DNA of 64,000 nt from Octopus vulgaris (Eukaryota). The DNA lies in NCBI GenBank assembly GCA_951406725.2, contig OX597816.1, positions 101,556,001-101,620,000 of the forward strand, given 5' to 3'. The position numbers were made by a program, and so were the translations under genes. The notes below the pieces were generated by a model that made no database searches, was not told the DNA's origin, and worked only from the letters and a program-made list of their open reading frames with translations. Below, in pieces: positions 12,333 to 26,996 of the stretch (positions within the stretch are counted from its first letter, which is position 1; every line of letters begins with the position of its first letter).

Positions 12333-13379
12333 TTTTATGTTTAAATATTATTAGGAATTGTATAAGAAATATTTAAAGATTTTGTGCATCGTAGAAATAT
12401 AACCAGTTCATCACACAAATTTTAACAGCAAAATCTTATATAGATGCTCAAGGGCCATATGGAACCTACCCAAGGGCTATATGGAACCCGCCCAATGGCC
12501 ATATGGATCCCTCAAAAGCCATATGTATCCCCCAAGGGTTATATGGATCCCCGAGGGCCATATGGAATCTAATTCAGGGCAATATGGGCGCCAGCTGAAA
12601 ACCACTGATTTACAAAATTGTCATACCATCACCACTACCCCTTACAAAACCGCTGCTCAAATAACCTTACACATTTTTCGATGACATCCTCATTACATTT
12701 AACAAGCTCCAACTCCTACTAATTCCTCCAACATCACTACTTCCAACAACTTTATACCCCTCGAGCCAATGAAGGATGTCTCTGGGTGGTCGCCAGAAAT
12801 AGCAGCCAAATTTCCCTTAATTCTCACCGTTCCGTCAAAAAAAAAATGATGCACACGTGAGACTGTCTCCTGAATGTTCTATCTTATTAAAACGGTCATG
12901 GTTGGAACGCTTAGGTCAGGTTTACTCACAACCTTACACAGCTGACCTCTTTCCATCACCGCCTCAATCACTCTATATATCACATATGCACCCACCACTC
13001 CCACCAACACCCACCGCGGCCACCACCACTAACATTCCATGCACCTTACCCACACTGTTTTTTACACGCCTTGCTAACTGCCACCCTCGACACCAACACC
13101 CTCCGACACAACGAACACCTTGCCACCCACTACCACTTACAACACAATATACATTACCGCCGCCGCCACCACCACCACCACCATCGCCAACAACAACAAC
13201 AACATGTCTTATCACTTACCCTCCCCTACCACTCTCATCCCCCTTGACTTATTACCCCTCTATTTTACCCTCCACCCCTACTCTTACACAGATGCATTCT
13301 CCACCAGCACCATCACTATCACCACCACTACTACTACTACTACTGCCACCACCACTCCACTTGCTACTGCCACCCATAC

Positions 13380-13402
13380 CATCTATATATATATATGTAT
13401 AC

Positions 13403-13433
<31 letters not shown>

Positions 13434-13473
13434 TATATATATACATATATACATATGTACATAAATAATACAA

Positions 13474-13504
<31 letters not shown>

Positions 13505-13841
13505 GAGAGAGAGAGGGGGGAAGAGAGGGGGAGTGAGTGAGAGAGAGAGGAGAAAGAGAAGAGAGACAGACAGACAAACAGATAGACAGGCAGACAGACA
13601 GACTGCTACAAAACAAGTGCCTAGGTGGCAAAACATGTTTACGTTCGAGATCGAAGGGCAGACCCGTCAATAACTGATCTTCACCGTCATTGTCATCGTC
13701 ATAATTATTATCACCGTCCTTCTCGTTTTTATCACCAATTTCACCATACTCGTTCTTCTTATCATCATCGTCATCATCATCGTCATCATCATCATCATCA
13801 ACATCATTATCATCATCAACATCATAATCATCATCATCACT

Positions 13842-13885
<44 letters not shown>

Positions 13886-14131
13886 TTTCAACATGATCCT
13901 CCCTTCCTCCCCTACCAGCATTACGAATCTACTTTGCAATTACCTTAATTGTTGTCTAACAAACCACCCTTTCATGTTTATCATTACCATCACCATCATC
14001 ATCCTCACAACCACCACCACCACCATCACAATTGTCATAATCACCATCCCCGTCGTCGGCGTTGTCATCGTCATCATCATCGTCGTCGTCATCGTCATCA
14101 TCATCATCGGCAGCAGCAGCAGCAGCAGCAA

Positions 14132-14174
<43 letters not shown>

Positions 14175-14175
14175 T
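13380..14175. repeat. Compound microsatellite cluster (TA, CA, GA, GACA, CAT, CAG, TAG)
   Basis: Directly visible. Confidence 0.95.
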
Positions 14176-14576
14176 ATTCGTTCTTCTGAGAACAACCGTC
14201 AGGTGTTTCATTTCTTATATGAAAATGAATTATGTCTTGGAGAGAAAAAAAAACACGGATGAAGATATTCAAGGTTAACGAATGTTGTGTTAAGATACAG
14301 AGCAACAATATTTACATATCTTAGTATTATTACTATTTTTCTGTGTCTTTCTTCCTTGTTGCTAAATATGTCAGTGCCTTCACAGAAGTGCTTGCGTATC
14401 ATTTCAGAGATCAAGAACTTGCTTATAGTTCTGTAATAAAATTTCTTTAATTCATTTATACACTATATTATACTCAATTAGTATTGATGTATCGATTGAT
14501 GAACATTACTGCAGGTTTTGTCTTGAAAACTTTAATGTCGTGGCGTTGAATTATCTAGTGAGTCTGCCTAAATATT

Positions 14577-15041
14577 TGGTTTCAAATTTTGGCGCGAGGC
14601 CAGCAACTTCGGGGTAAATCAATTACATCGACTCCAGTGTTCCATTGGTACTTATTTTATTGATCCCGAAAAGATGTAAAGCAAAGTCGACCTCAGCAAA
14701 ATTTGAACTGAGGAAATGCTGCAAAGCATTTTGTCCGGCATGCTAAAAGTTATGCCACCCGCACCCCAAGAATAATAATAATAATAACAATAATAATAAT
14801 ATAAATAGTAATAATAATAATAATAATCCTTTCTACTGGAGACACAAGGCCTCACATTTTGGTGGGAGGGGACTAGTCGATTATATCGACTCCAGTGTTT
14901 CACTGGTACTTAATTTATCGACTCCGAAAGGATGAAAGGCAGAGTCGACCTCGACGGAATTGAATTCAGAACGTAGCGGCAGGCGAAATACTGCTAAGCA
15001 TTTCGCCCGGCGTGCTAACGATTCTGCCAGCTGGCTGCCTT
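14577..15041 (-). mobile_element. Two tandem SINE family B copies (14577-14762, 14828-15041) separated by (TAA)n
   Basis: Both carry CTGGTACTTA..TATCGA..GAAAGG..GTCGACCTC; TAA run at 14771-14827. Confidence 0.85.
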
Positions 15042-15071
15042 AAAATGATAATAATGATAATGATAATAATG

Positions 15072-16212
15072 TAGAAGCTGAGAGGGCTGCATGAAAGTAT
15101 AGTGTAACAGCTAGATAAGTGCTTGCAGAACGGCGCAGTACACAGGTGGATAACAAAGAAAAAGACATTGTTGGGTGCCAAGGATCCTGAAAAGGGAAAT
15201 GTTGCATCCAACTTTAGCCTGCCACTAATGTGAAAACTAATGTCAGGTGTTTTTGCCAGTGAACTGTACAGATACCAGGAAAGCAGTGGGCTGCTACCTA
15301 TTGAACAGAAATGCTGCCGAACAAGAAACTGGGGAAACGAAAGATCAGCTCTTAATTGATAATCTAATTATCAGGAACTGCAAAAGAAGACACACAAACC
15401 TGAGCATGGCATGGGTTGACTATCGTAAAGCATACGATATGATATCACAATCCTGGATAACAGAAGCAATGGAATTGTATGGAGTAGCAGAAAATATGAG
15501 GAGCCTTATATGGGATAGCTTGAAATGCTGGAGAACAGAATTGACAGCAAGGAATCAAGTATTAGGAGAGGTGAAAATCGAGAAAAGTATTTTCTAGGGG
15601 GACAGTGTCCCCCCACTGATCTTCATGCTGGGAATGATCCCCTTGAATGAAGTACTACAGAAAATGAAGTTGGGTATGACCTAGGAAGAGGTAAGGGAAA
15701 ACTGGACCACTTGCTATTCATGGACGACCAAAAGCTGTTCACAAAACAGAAGCAGAATTGGACAGCCTGGTTCAGTCTATGCGGATTTTCTCCAATGATA
15801 TTAAGATATTAAGTTTGGACTCTCAAAATGTGCTACGATGGTGATGAGACGAGGAAAACTTTTCAGAACGGAAGGCATATAATTGTCAAGTGGTGAAATG
15901 ATGAGGGCAATTCAAGGAATACTTGAGGCAGATGAAATCAAACACGAGGATGAAGGAAAAGACATGAAGGATGAAGGAAAAGACATGAAGGATGAAGGAA
16001 AAGACATGAAGGATGAAGGAAAAGACAAAAAGAGAGTACCTTTGGCGAGTGAGAAAAATACTGGGTTCAAAACTGAATGCTAGAAACATAATTTCGGCAA
16101 TAAACTCGCACGCAGTTGCTGTAGTTCGGTATGGCGCTGGAATCCTGATGTAGACAAGGGAGGAGCTAAAGAAGGTGGACAGGAAGTCAAGAAAATTTCT
16201 AACGATGCATGT
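15072..16212 (+). pseudogene. R4/Dong-clade non-LTR retrotransposon, RT domain, disrupted
   Basis: [57 protein letters not shown]; stops and frameshifts; 21-bp internal tandem repeat at 15949-16026. Confidence 0.9.
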
Positions 16213-16410
16213 AGCCCATCGTCCTCAGGAATGAGCAAGGTTCTCCGCCGTACCACATCTGCAATAAAGTGGATGAAGCCATTGCCCATATCAGAATAAT
16301 CGGAAACGTATAAGATAGTTGAAAATAACGGATATCATGGTACCGCAGGTTGGAGGTGCAAGCCCGTTACGCATGCAATACTCCAGGAGTTCCAATCTGT
16401 GATAAAAAGA

Positions 16411-16478
<68 letters not shown>

Positions 16479-16509
16479 TGATGATGATGAGGATGAGGAT
16501 GAGGATGAT

Positions 16510-17364
16510 CAAAAACCCAAACGAAGTTGAAAATCAGAAAAAAGAACAGAATTTATCTCATTGGCAGGAGAAGGCGTTGCATGGTAGATTCCCATAGATA
16601 GTTACAGCAAATAATAGTAGTGAGACATGGCTATGGTAGCAGAAGGGAAAGCTGAAAAAGGAGACTATGAGTTTGCTTGTAGCAGCACAAGATCAAGCAT
16701 TAAGGACTAATTGGATAAAAGCCAAGATAGACAAAAGCCAAGTAGATTCCCAATGTAGGTTATGCAAATCAAAAGAGGAAAGCGTTACTCATTTAGTAAG
16801 TGAATGTAGCATGCTGGCACAGAAAGAATACAAGAAAAGACATGATTTGGAGTTATGTAGAAGGCTAGGATTTGAACATACGGATAAATGCTATGAACAT
16901 GAACCTAGTAAAGTACTAGAAAGTAAGAAATACAAGATGTGAGACTTTAACATTCAGACTGACAGAGTAATAGAAACTAGAAGACCTGATTTAATAGTAG
17001 ATGATAAAGTGAATAGAAAATGCCAAATAATGACTTCACAGTCCCAGATGATGAAACAATTAATATGAGAGGTGTAGAAAAATAGCAAAGTACCAGGACC
17101 TAGCCATTGAATTACAGAGACTATGGAAAGTGCGGGTAAAATGTATCCCAGTAGTTATAGGTGCATTGGCAACTATCCCTAAAAATTTGAACAGATGGAT
17201 AGAGGAAATAGGCATCAAACCCAATTTAGTACAGCTCCAGAAAACAGTGTTGTTAGGGACAGCTAAGATACTTAGGAGGGTTCCTGGCATCTAAGGTTAC
17301 TTTTTGTAGCCCGATGTTAGGATGTTTTCTTTTCCAGCAGTCTAATCTGTTGCGTGTATATGAA

Positions 17365-17365
<1 letters not shown>
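16510..17365 (+). pseudogene. R4/Dong-clade LINE 3' part: CCHC knuckle plus restriction-like endonuclease
   Basis: AAQDQALRT..CRLCKSKEESVTHLVSEC..YKKRHD..RRPDLIV..KYQDL..PVVIGAL..LQKTVLLGTAKILRRV; followed by (TAA)n. Confidence 0.92.
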
Positions 17366-17448
<83 letters not shown>

Positions 17449-17457
17449 AATAATAAA

Positions 17458-18975
17458 TACTGGTCCGGTTCCAGCCTGTCGTCATTCAGCAAAGGACCAG
17501 CTCATACGATGTAGATGGAACAAACAAGTCAATGCTGCGATCATGGAGTGTTACTACCTGAGCAACCCTGTATACGAGAACGGTGCTTATATTAGGGGAT
17601 ACCGACAACGTATATATGATCAATGGAGAGAAAGGGGGTTGTTTCAACACATGGAGCATAGATTATGTGACCAAGCTAGAGCAATAAGAAAAATCGTTGG
17701 TTCACGGAAGCAGAGCTCGAAACTATCGAAAGACAGGTATTGGAAAATAGCAACAGAGGAAACAATGAAAATACAGTTCTTACTGATAGAAGTAATCTCA
17801 TAGCAGAAAATAGAGGTGAGATCTCTAATAAACCACAGGAAAGGAACAGTAATAGCTTGTTCGATGAGAAACATAGATGGTCTGAATGAGGACAATAAAA
17901 CTAATGGTGACATGACAGATAGGCAAAAGACAATCAACGACAGAATATACACAAGGCTACAGGAGAACGATAGCGACATTATTTGCAACCTTGAATAGGT
18001 TGATAGATGGAAATTGAACAAAGAAACGAAAAATGTGAATGAAATTATAAAATACATCAGTACAAAACACATCACAGAAACAAACAATTTAATCAAGGCA
18101 GCAAGTACTGTTGTAGCAGAAAATGTGGGCGTTGATGTCAAGAAAAAGAAATATAATGTGAGTGACAAAAGAAAAGATTCATGGTAGAAAAGAAAAGATC
18201 CATGGTGGAAAAGAAGAATACATGCGGGGTTAGATATGCTCTGTATTAGACCGAAAAGAGAAGGGGGTACTTAAAAGCGAACAAAAATACAGGGCATTGA
18301 ACAGGAAGTATGATATTGAAAGAATGGGCCTGAAAGTGGTAACGGAAGAACTGAAACAGCGCCTCATTGCAAAGAAAGCAAAGATGGTAGATACGACCAA
18401 AGAATGAAGGGATACCAGCAGAATAGGTTATTCAGAGTAGATGAGAAGAGATTATACAATGAAATAAATGGAGAGTGTACGGATCAAAAGTTGATACCAG
18501 ATAACATTGAAAGTCAAAGGTTTTGGAGTGACATTTGTTGCAAAGACAAGGAGCACAAGGAGAATGCTGAATGGCTGCAAGAACTGAAACAAACGATTAG
18601 CTGCACCACTCAAAACCTTGTTAAACGCCGACCAAGTAACACCAGAGTGGCTGACAATGGACAAGACAGTTCTGTGCTTGAAAAACATCGAAAGACGCAA
18701 TACGGTAGACAATTACAGGCCGATATCCTGCTTGCCACTTATATGGAAATTATTGACTGGAATAATCGCAGAGTCAATGTACGGACATCTGGAAAAAATG
18801 GAGTCCTGCCACATGAGCAGAAGGGTGCAAGCGTAAGTGCAGAGGTAGCAAGGATCAACTCCTGGTAGACAAAACTGTACTTAGAAACTGCAAGAGGAGG
18901 AAAACTAACTTAGCCATGTCATGGATCGTTAATCGTAAGAAATACGATATGATACCGCATTCTTCGGATGGTGCT
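17458..18975 (+). pseudogene. R4/Dong-clade LINE N-terminal region to start of RT, with internal deletions
   Basis: RWNKQVNAAIMECYYLSNP..RGYRQRIYDQW..RLCDQARAIRK; YQQNRLF..FWSDI; NYRPISCLPLIWKLLTGII..NCKRRKTNLAMSWI. Confidence 0.85.
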
Positions 18976-19119
18976 CGAAAAATATGGGGTGTTACCTTAA
19001 TTCACTGGTAGTGAACAGCTGACACCGTAGTACATCTCTAGCGTTAGAAGCTGTGCAATGACAATACAATAATAATAATAATAACAACAATAACAACAAC
19101 AATAACAAGAATTGCCCCT

Positions 19120-20296
<1,177 letters not shown>

Positions 20297-20699
20297 CTCT
20301 CTATTTTTCACAAGAAAAGGTGGATTACAAGGGCGGGTTGCAAAAAACAGTTGCGCTTTACATCATGTAAAGCAGATAACCAAAAGAAAAAAAATGAGTT
20401 GAGAATTAGATTATTAAATATAAAAAATGTATAAAAGCACGTTCACGAAAAGGAAGACAGTGACGTATAGTAAATGTGCATATTAATCAATCGATATATA
20501 CATATATGTCTATGTGTGTGTGTATGTATGTATGTATGTATGTATGTATGTATGTATGTATGTATGTATGTATGTATGTATGTATAAATCGAATGATTAA
20601 GACGCACATACACCTATATTGAAATGTATGCATTTATAACTTCTAAGTAATAATAGAAAAGTCTCTGTGTGTATGATTTGGTTTATATATATATATATA

Positions 20700-20748
<49 letters not shown>

Positions 20749-20813
20749 GTATGTGTATGATTGGGTTTATATATATATATGTGTGTGTGTATGTATGTAT
20801 GTATGTACGTACG

Positions 20814-20847
<34 letters not shown>

Positions 20848-21346
20848 TGTATGTATGTATGTATGTACGTATGTATGTATGTATGTAGTTGAGTGTATGT
20901 GGATGCTTATATATGCATGCTCAAATATATGTGGCCATATGCTTCTCTGCCAAAATCTGACTATCTATATGTTCATATGTGCCTGCAGTCATTGCAATTG
21001 GTCTAAACTGAAGAGTATAGAATAAGATCGCTCGCGGTGTCTAGTATCTAAATCCAATTTTGCGCTTCATTTCACTTGAATTGATAAAATATATCTTTAA
21101 TACCGGCGGGTCATTTCAATCGATAGTAGACTGGTTAAATGCGAAGGAATTAGTTTGTGATCATATATGACTTTTACCTTGCAGTGATGCTCTGTATGTG
21201 ATATTTAACGTCGAAAGCTCTTTCACATGCAACCCATGAGAAGCAGAGTATGAATCACGTGAAATGATAAACCACAATCACTAGTGGAGTGTTAGACCGA
21301 TAAAATAAAGTACCAGTCAAATCCCAGAATTACAACTAACCCAACT

Positions 21347-23906
21347 AAAATATAAGGACACAGATCGTGTCGTATAGCCAGCTATTATTGAACTATTTGT
21401 TTTACTCGCTACTGTGTTTATTTTTGTGAATTTGTCATTTTTGACAAAGATTTTAAAAAGTTTTTGTGATGGAATTTAACATTGCAGCCCAGAAGGATTT
21501 TCCTGCGATGGGAAAAGTATTAACAAGTAATAATGAGGAAACACAGGAAAAGCCAAGTTTTCGGCCGCAGTGTGCAGTAGCGTGACTGAGTTAGAAGTGA
21601 AAATGGAACAACTGTTCAAGTTCCGAAATATAATTTTTTTAAAAGTGGCGATGACTCTAAACTGTTGCCGCCTCCTGAAACGGTACAAGCAATTAATGCT
21701 AGAACGGTAGTATACAAAATCTACAACCTGAAGGGAAAGAATTACGAAGATGAAGCATGTAATTAGAATTAAGTTATCGGAGAGTGAGTGTAGCGAGGGA
21801 TACAAGGAAGTTTTGCTTGAGAGAGATAGAGGAGAGAGGTTGAAGGAGCTATTTGGAGAGAAAATCGAAATATCGTTGATACAGGTTCGGTACGGTGAGT
21901 TGCCACCAGTGGTAGTATTTAAGGACTTAATAGAACTCATACTGTAAATGAAAGTAAGTAAAATGTTTAAAATTTTAAATAGTAACTTTTGAAAAACGAT
22001 GCAAAAATTGAACAATGAACTGTATGTTGAATGTTATAAATGAGCAGTCAAATGACACTGCCTGCGAGTGGGGAGCAGGTAAGACATTGCATCTTTCATT
22101 TTATCATTATAATTCATTATTTCATTCGTTATATGTTTTATGTACTGTGTTGTGTTGTCTGTCCATATATCGTCCCCTCTTTGTAAGAGCCTGTGTGCTC
22201 AAATAAAGAAACTACCTCTAGCCGAAGAATTGTCTCGTGCACACGAGGTCTTTTTGCGTCGTGAATTGGAACAAGGTTGTGGTATCGTGTGTTGGATTTG
22301 TGAATTGTTGTGTTGCGTTGCAGCAGGGTTTTCTTTTTAAGCTGTCCCTCAATAGATTGAGGAGGGATGGCTGAGGCTAATTCGGACGTGAGGGAGTCAG
22401 AGAAGTCATATTCGGAACTGTCGTCGTCTGAAGAGGAGCTGTTAGAAGCTGTGAAGAAGATGAACAGAGCTATGAAAATGAAAAGTTTTGCGAAAGAAAC
22501 AGCCTCAAAATTTTGAAAAACTATGAAAAAATGATAAAAAAAAGAAGGTGGTGACATGAAATTATTACCACCACAAGAAATACTAAGGGAAATGGAAGAA
22601 AGGAAGATTCTTTACAAAGCCTATTCTGTCAAGGAGAAAAGGTTAGAGAATGAAAAGACGGACGAAATTGAAAAGGCGTTGAGGCCAATCTGGCAAGGCA
22701 TAGCGTATCTTGCCAGAGGAAGCCAATACGGCACCATTGAGGTGTATTTTAAGAACAAGATAAAAGCAAAGGAAAGCTCAGCAAAATCGATGAAAACGGA
22801 AAGGGTAATCCTTCTACCCACATACCTTGGAAGAAGAACTTCCAGGGTCAGGGTGTAGGGAATTCCCCCTGAAATAGACGTAGCTTGGGTGGCTGCGGCT
22901 GTGCTTCTAGGAAGCGAGAAAGAGGTCGCCGTACTCCAGGCTACAAGAACGGAAGCTACTAATTGGCACGGTATAATCTTGGAACTAATAATACAGTTGG
23001 AGAAACAATGATGAAAGTGTAAGCAGAAGGCAGAATCCCTCGTTGCTATAAATGTGGCCAAAAATGCCACATTAGAGCGGATTGCCCTCTGAAAAATAAG
23101 CCAATCCAGGAAAGAGCAGAGAAGGAACTGGAAAGGATAGAAGAAAGAAATGAGGAAGATCGATGGCAAGATACGGGAAGAAAACAGAGGAAGAGGAAAA
23201 AGGACAGCTTAAGTGAACCCCAACCCATAACCACGCCACCCATACCCTCTCAACCCCATCCTTCCCCTGCAGACACCAAACCCATCCATTCCCCTCCGAC
23301 ACAAAAAAAGAACAGAAGTCACGCAAAAAAACGCAAAACGACCTTCCCACTTGTTTTGTTTGCGCCTTATTAAAATGTGTAAAAAAGGATGTTGTAGATA
23401 AGCTAGTGCAATGGAAAGATGTAAAAGTGACAGACATGAAGGGAATGAAAAAAGAAAAAATGGTTTTAGGTGTATTGGTGCCAGGATACAGAATGAAAAC
23501 AAGTAAGCATGGAATACAGACAAATGGTATTCGACAAATGAAGTACCGGACAGAATAGATTATGATAAATTACTGGGCCTATACGGCAATAACTTTAATT
23601 GGATATGAAAGGACTATAATGATGCTGCTGAGGTGAGGCAAGTGGCACATTCTTCATAAATTATTATCATGTATCATTCATATTTTCATAATTTCATTTT
23701 AATTGTTATATGTCCCCACATGTCTTGTGTTGTCCCCTCTATGTATTATATTTTTATCGTGATAAAGAGTTAACCTCCAGCCGAACAATTGATGAAGGGA
23801 AATAACCCGGAAATCGCGATATACAGATATTGTTTTGAGCTGAGTGGGGGTGCTAGATTCCTTTGTTCGAAAATATAAGGACACAGATAGTGTCGTATAG
23901 CCAGCT
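21347..23906 (+). mobile_element. Direct-repeat-bounded composite retroelement remnant
   Basis: 37-bp direct repeat (36/37 identical) at 21347-21383 and 23870-23906; second, degenerate internal repeat at about 22050-22232 and 23618-23791. Confidence 0.5.
22367..23330 (+). pseudogene. gag/LINE-ORF1-like nucleic-acid-binding protein with CCHC zinc knuckle, disrupted
   Basis: CYKCGQKCHIRADC (CX2CX4HX4C) at 23044-23085; upstream ORF 22556-22858; charged and Pro-rich tail; stops near 22516, 22858 and 23010. Confidence 0.75.
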
Positions 23907-24161
23907 GGAGACGATGTCTCCTGGGGCTAACTTGCAGCAACATTCGTCCTAAACCGGGACTGCCATGTTTTGTTGGCAAACAATTTTTACTCCAAAGTAC
24001 TGTTCCTGAATATCTCTCGTTGTGAGATTTAAAAATACTAATTAACTAACGCAAGATTTCAGACTTTGGGCCTCGGCTGGAAACAATTACATATTTACAA
24101 CACCAAGTAATTTGTAAAATGAGAAATGAAATGTTTAGTAATGTCTACTTTGGCTCTAGGC

Positions 24162-24377
24162 CAGTGGTTCTCACTCATTTTTCGCCTGGAGACCCCCTTG
24201 GTTCCTATTTTACTCTACTGGACTTCCATAGCCATTCAATGTATATAAAAGAAAATCCTACTGAATTTTAATAATTATATATTATTTTAAAAATTTTTTG
24301 TAGAATATAAGCAATGTATTACACATAAAGTTTAACATCAAAATCTTATATTGATCTCCAAGGTTTGGGAACCACCG
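24162..24377 (+). mobile_element. hAT (Charlie-type) MITE
   Basis: TIRs CAGTGGTTCTCA and TGGGAACCACCG; 8-bp TSD CTCTAGGC (24154-24161) and CTCTAGAC (24378-24385), fitting the NTCTAGAN preference. Confidence 0.85.
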
Positions 24378-26023
24378 CTCTAGACTATGATATATATTTT
24401 GGCCTCTTCTTAAAATAATAAGGACTATATTACATTCATCAGCAGTTATCTTGTCTTGGTGCCTTTATCCGACTACCTCATATCCTAGTATGCAATTACA
24501 ATTCCCTAATGACTGACATCTTTTGTGCGTTTCTTAGTGGCCAGTAAGTTTAATTATGGCATGGAAAAGCTGTTCATAGCTCAAATACAATATAAGTATA
24601 GTGTTTTATGAAGCTGTGGCAGTTATTTGCTCGTCTCTTCTGGTATTCAATAAATTAGTTATTTCCTTTTCTTTCTGTCTCCTAAGTTTTTAAGTACTAC
24701 ATAACTTCAACCATTTCCTAAGCTTCTCTACGCCAAAGAAACAAATTTTACGTAATTATTGTTTGTTTCCCCATAGCTGGTCGGTTGCTGAATTATTTTT
24801 GTTTTAGTTTTATCTTGTTTATTATTTACTTTCTATTTTTTTGTTGTTGTTTTTTATAATTTCAAGAATAGACTTAAAATCAAGTTGGCAACAGCTCCAA
24901 CTCCTCAACTGTAAGCTGTCATTCAAAATTACTACTAATAGGCAGTTCCTCCAATCGTAGACATATTTTGTTGTTCTTTCCCTGTAGGCAATATAATTTT
25001 ATTTTACAATTTATTTGGGAATTTTAAATGTTTTAAAGATTCCTTTTGAAATAAACAAACCTGTCAATCTAAGACAGATAATGTAGGCGTCTATTTAAAG
25101 CTGATAATAAATACAATCGTGTTCAACAGTATTTCATATGAAATGACGACCAGGATAAAGCTGAAAGCTACAATCAATTCTGAAAAATATTGAAAAACTA
25201 AACATAATAAAAGTGACAAATACGCGGAGAATTTAAAATATGTATGAAATTGAAATTGGAATTTATTTTTTCGCTACTATCCGGAATTTCATGAAGATTA
25301 ACAAAATTAAGTTTCGATTTTATGATAATTATAAATTGTTATATCATTCTGAACAACAATATTTCATATTGTTTGCATTGCGAAAGATTAGTCTCGTCTG
25401 CTTCACAAGACAATAGTTTGTTTCATTTAAATCGGTTTTTAAACATTTGATTATTTTTGTTTTGTTTTCGTTTATTTTTGTTCAGAAAACAATAATCCTC
25501 TTTTGATATATTAAGTGACATTACGTATATGTCTCGCTTTGGCGACAGGCTTAGCTGTGCAACATTTAACCTATGCGCGGGCGTTCTTTGCACATCAGCT
25601 TTATATGTCGTAACGAGTTTTCCTCAATGCACTTGAGAAAACAAATGAAATCTGTTCACAGTCAGTTTACATCTTAAGGAAAATCAATATTTTTCTACTT
25701 ACATTTCTTTCACAAATCGATGCCAAATGGTTTGGAATGTACAAATAGCATCAGCCTTCTGAAAAGCTGAATTAATGGGAGTTTGCCAGTTGGGATTATA
25801 GCCTCTACACAAAAGGCTGTTGACATGGAACATAAACATCACACGCATCTGCAGCATAGGGAGTATCTACAAGCGTAGCGCTGAAGTTTCAAATCTTATT
25901 GTTTTTCTTATAAACAATTTTGCGATTCACTAACTGCCAAAATTGTACATGAAATATTGAGAGAGAGAGAAAGATACCGGACAAAAAGGAAAAAGGGAAA
26001 GGAGAGAGAGAGAGAAAGAGTGT

Positions 26024-26081
<58 letters not shown>

Positions 26082-26965
26082 GTGTGTGTGTGTGTAACTG
26101 TGTGACTTTTGATTCTCTACGATTGGCATTTTGTAACTTTTAGTATGCGTATTATATTGAGGCATATATATATATATACATATGTATATATGTATATTAT
26201 ATTGAGGCATATATATATATATACATATGTATATACATATACATACACATATATATATATATATACCCATGTGTGTGCGTATACATCCCCCACAAACCGT
26301 CTATGCTTGTGTTGCTCTTGAGACAAATGAAAGAAATACTTGAATACTTGTTTCCATTTTGATGTCCCTTTGTTTTATATATACAATTGTGTTTACTGAC
26401 GCATCTCAGCAGCTGGGAACAATAAAGGTCAACCAGAGAAATTCTTTGGACTCAATACGAATATATCGGTCTTTATTATGTAAGTTACTAAATGCCAATG
26501 ATTGTCTTCCTGTGTCCTGACTCTGCTTGTCTGTCCCCTTATACACGCGCGCACAAACATACATACATACATACATACATGCATACATACATACGTATAT
26601 GCACATATATGCGTGGGTGAATGTGTGTATGTATTAAAGTAAAGGTTCAAATTTCGTAAATTCGTGTTTCACGTCTCCACTTGTAATATAAGATATGCAC
26701 AATAATACGGTAAACCATTAAAGGGAATATTCTGTAAAAGAAACCGAAAATAGAAACGTTTCCATTCTCATTGTTTAGATTTTCTTTGACAGTCGCAGAC
26801 ATGAAACTCAAAGTTATGAAGGTTGAAATTTTAGCTAATCATTATAATATGTTATCGGTATGGACTACTTAGTTTTTTCGTTTGTCTATACAGAAGTGCT
26901 AGCAGTCAAGCGCTCAAAAATACACACACGCACAGAGATGCACATACACACACGCCCAGAGATGT

Positions 26966-26996
<31 letters not shown>

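Larger units (their letters stand above)
11745..12608 (+). mobile_element. hAT-type MITE split by nested SINEs, with internal ~19-bp tandem repeats
   Basis: Left piece (11745-11845) and right piece (12340-12608, ending TGAAAACCACTG) each align to parts of the MITE at 24162-24377; about 7 copies of CCCAAGGGCCATATGGA(T/A)C at 12450-12590. Confidence 0.65.

Noticed and set aside
12450-12590. CRISPR-like spaced repeats
   Set aside because: Head-to-tail ~19-bp units with no unique spacers, inside a MITE in eukaryotic DNA; no cas genes
12857-14262. Pro-, His-, Met- and Ser-rich ORFs up to 203 aa
   Set aside because: Produced by CCA, CAT, CAG and TA microsatellites that lack stops in some frames
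15949-16026. DEGKDMK peptide repeat
   Set aside because: 21-bp slippage duplication within a dead LINE
25560-25720. BED-finger-like peptide ICRNEFSSMHLRKQMKSVH
   Set aside because: Too short and degenerate to call a transposase without a profile search
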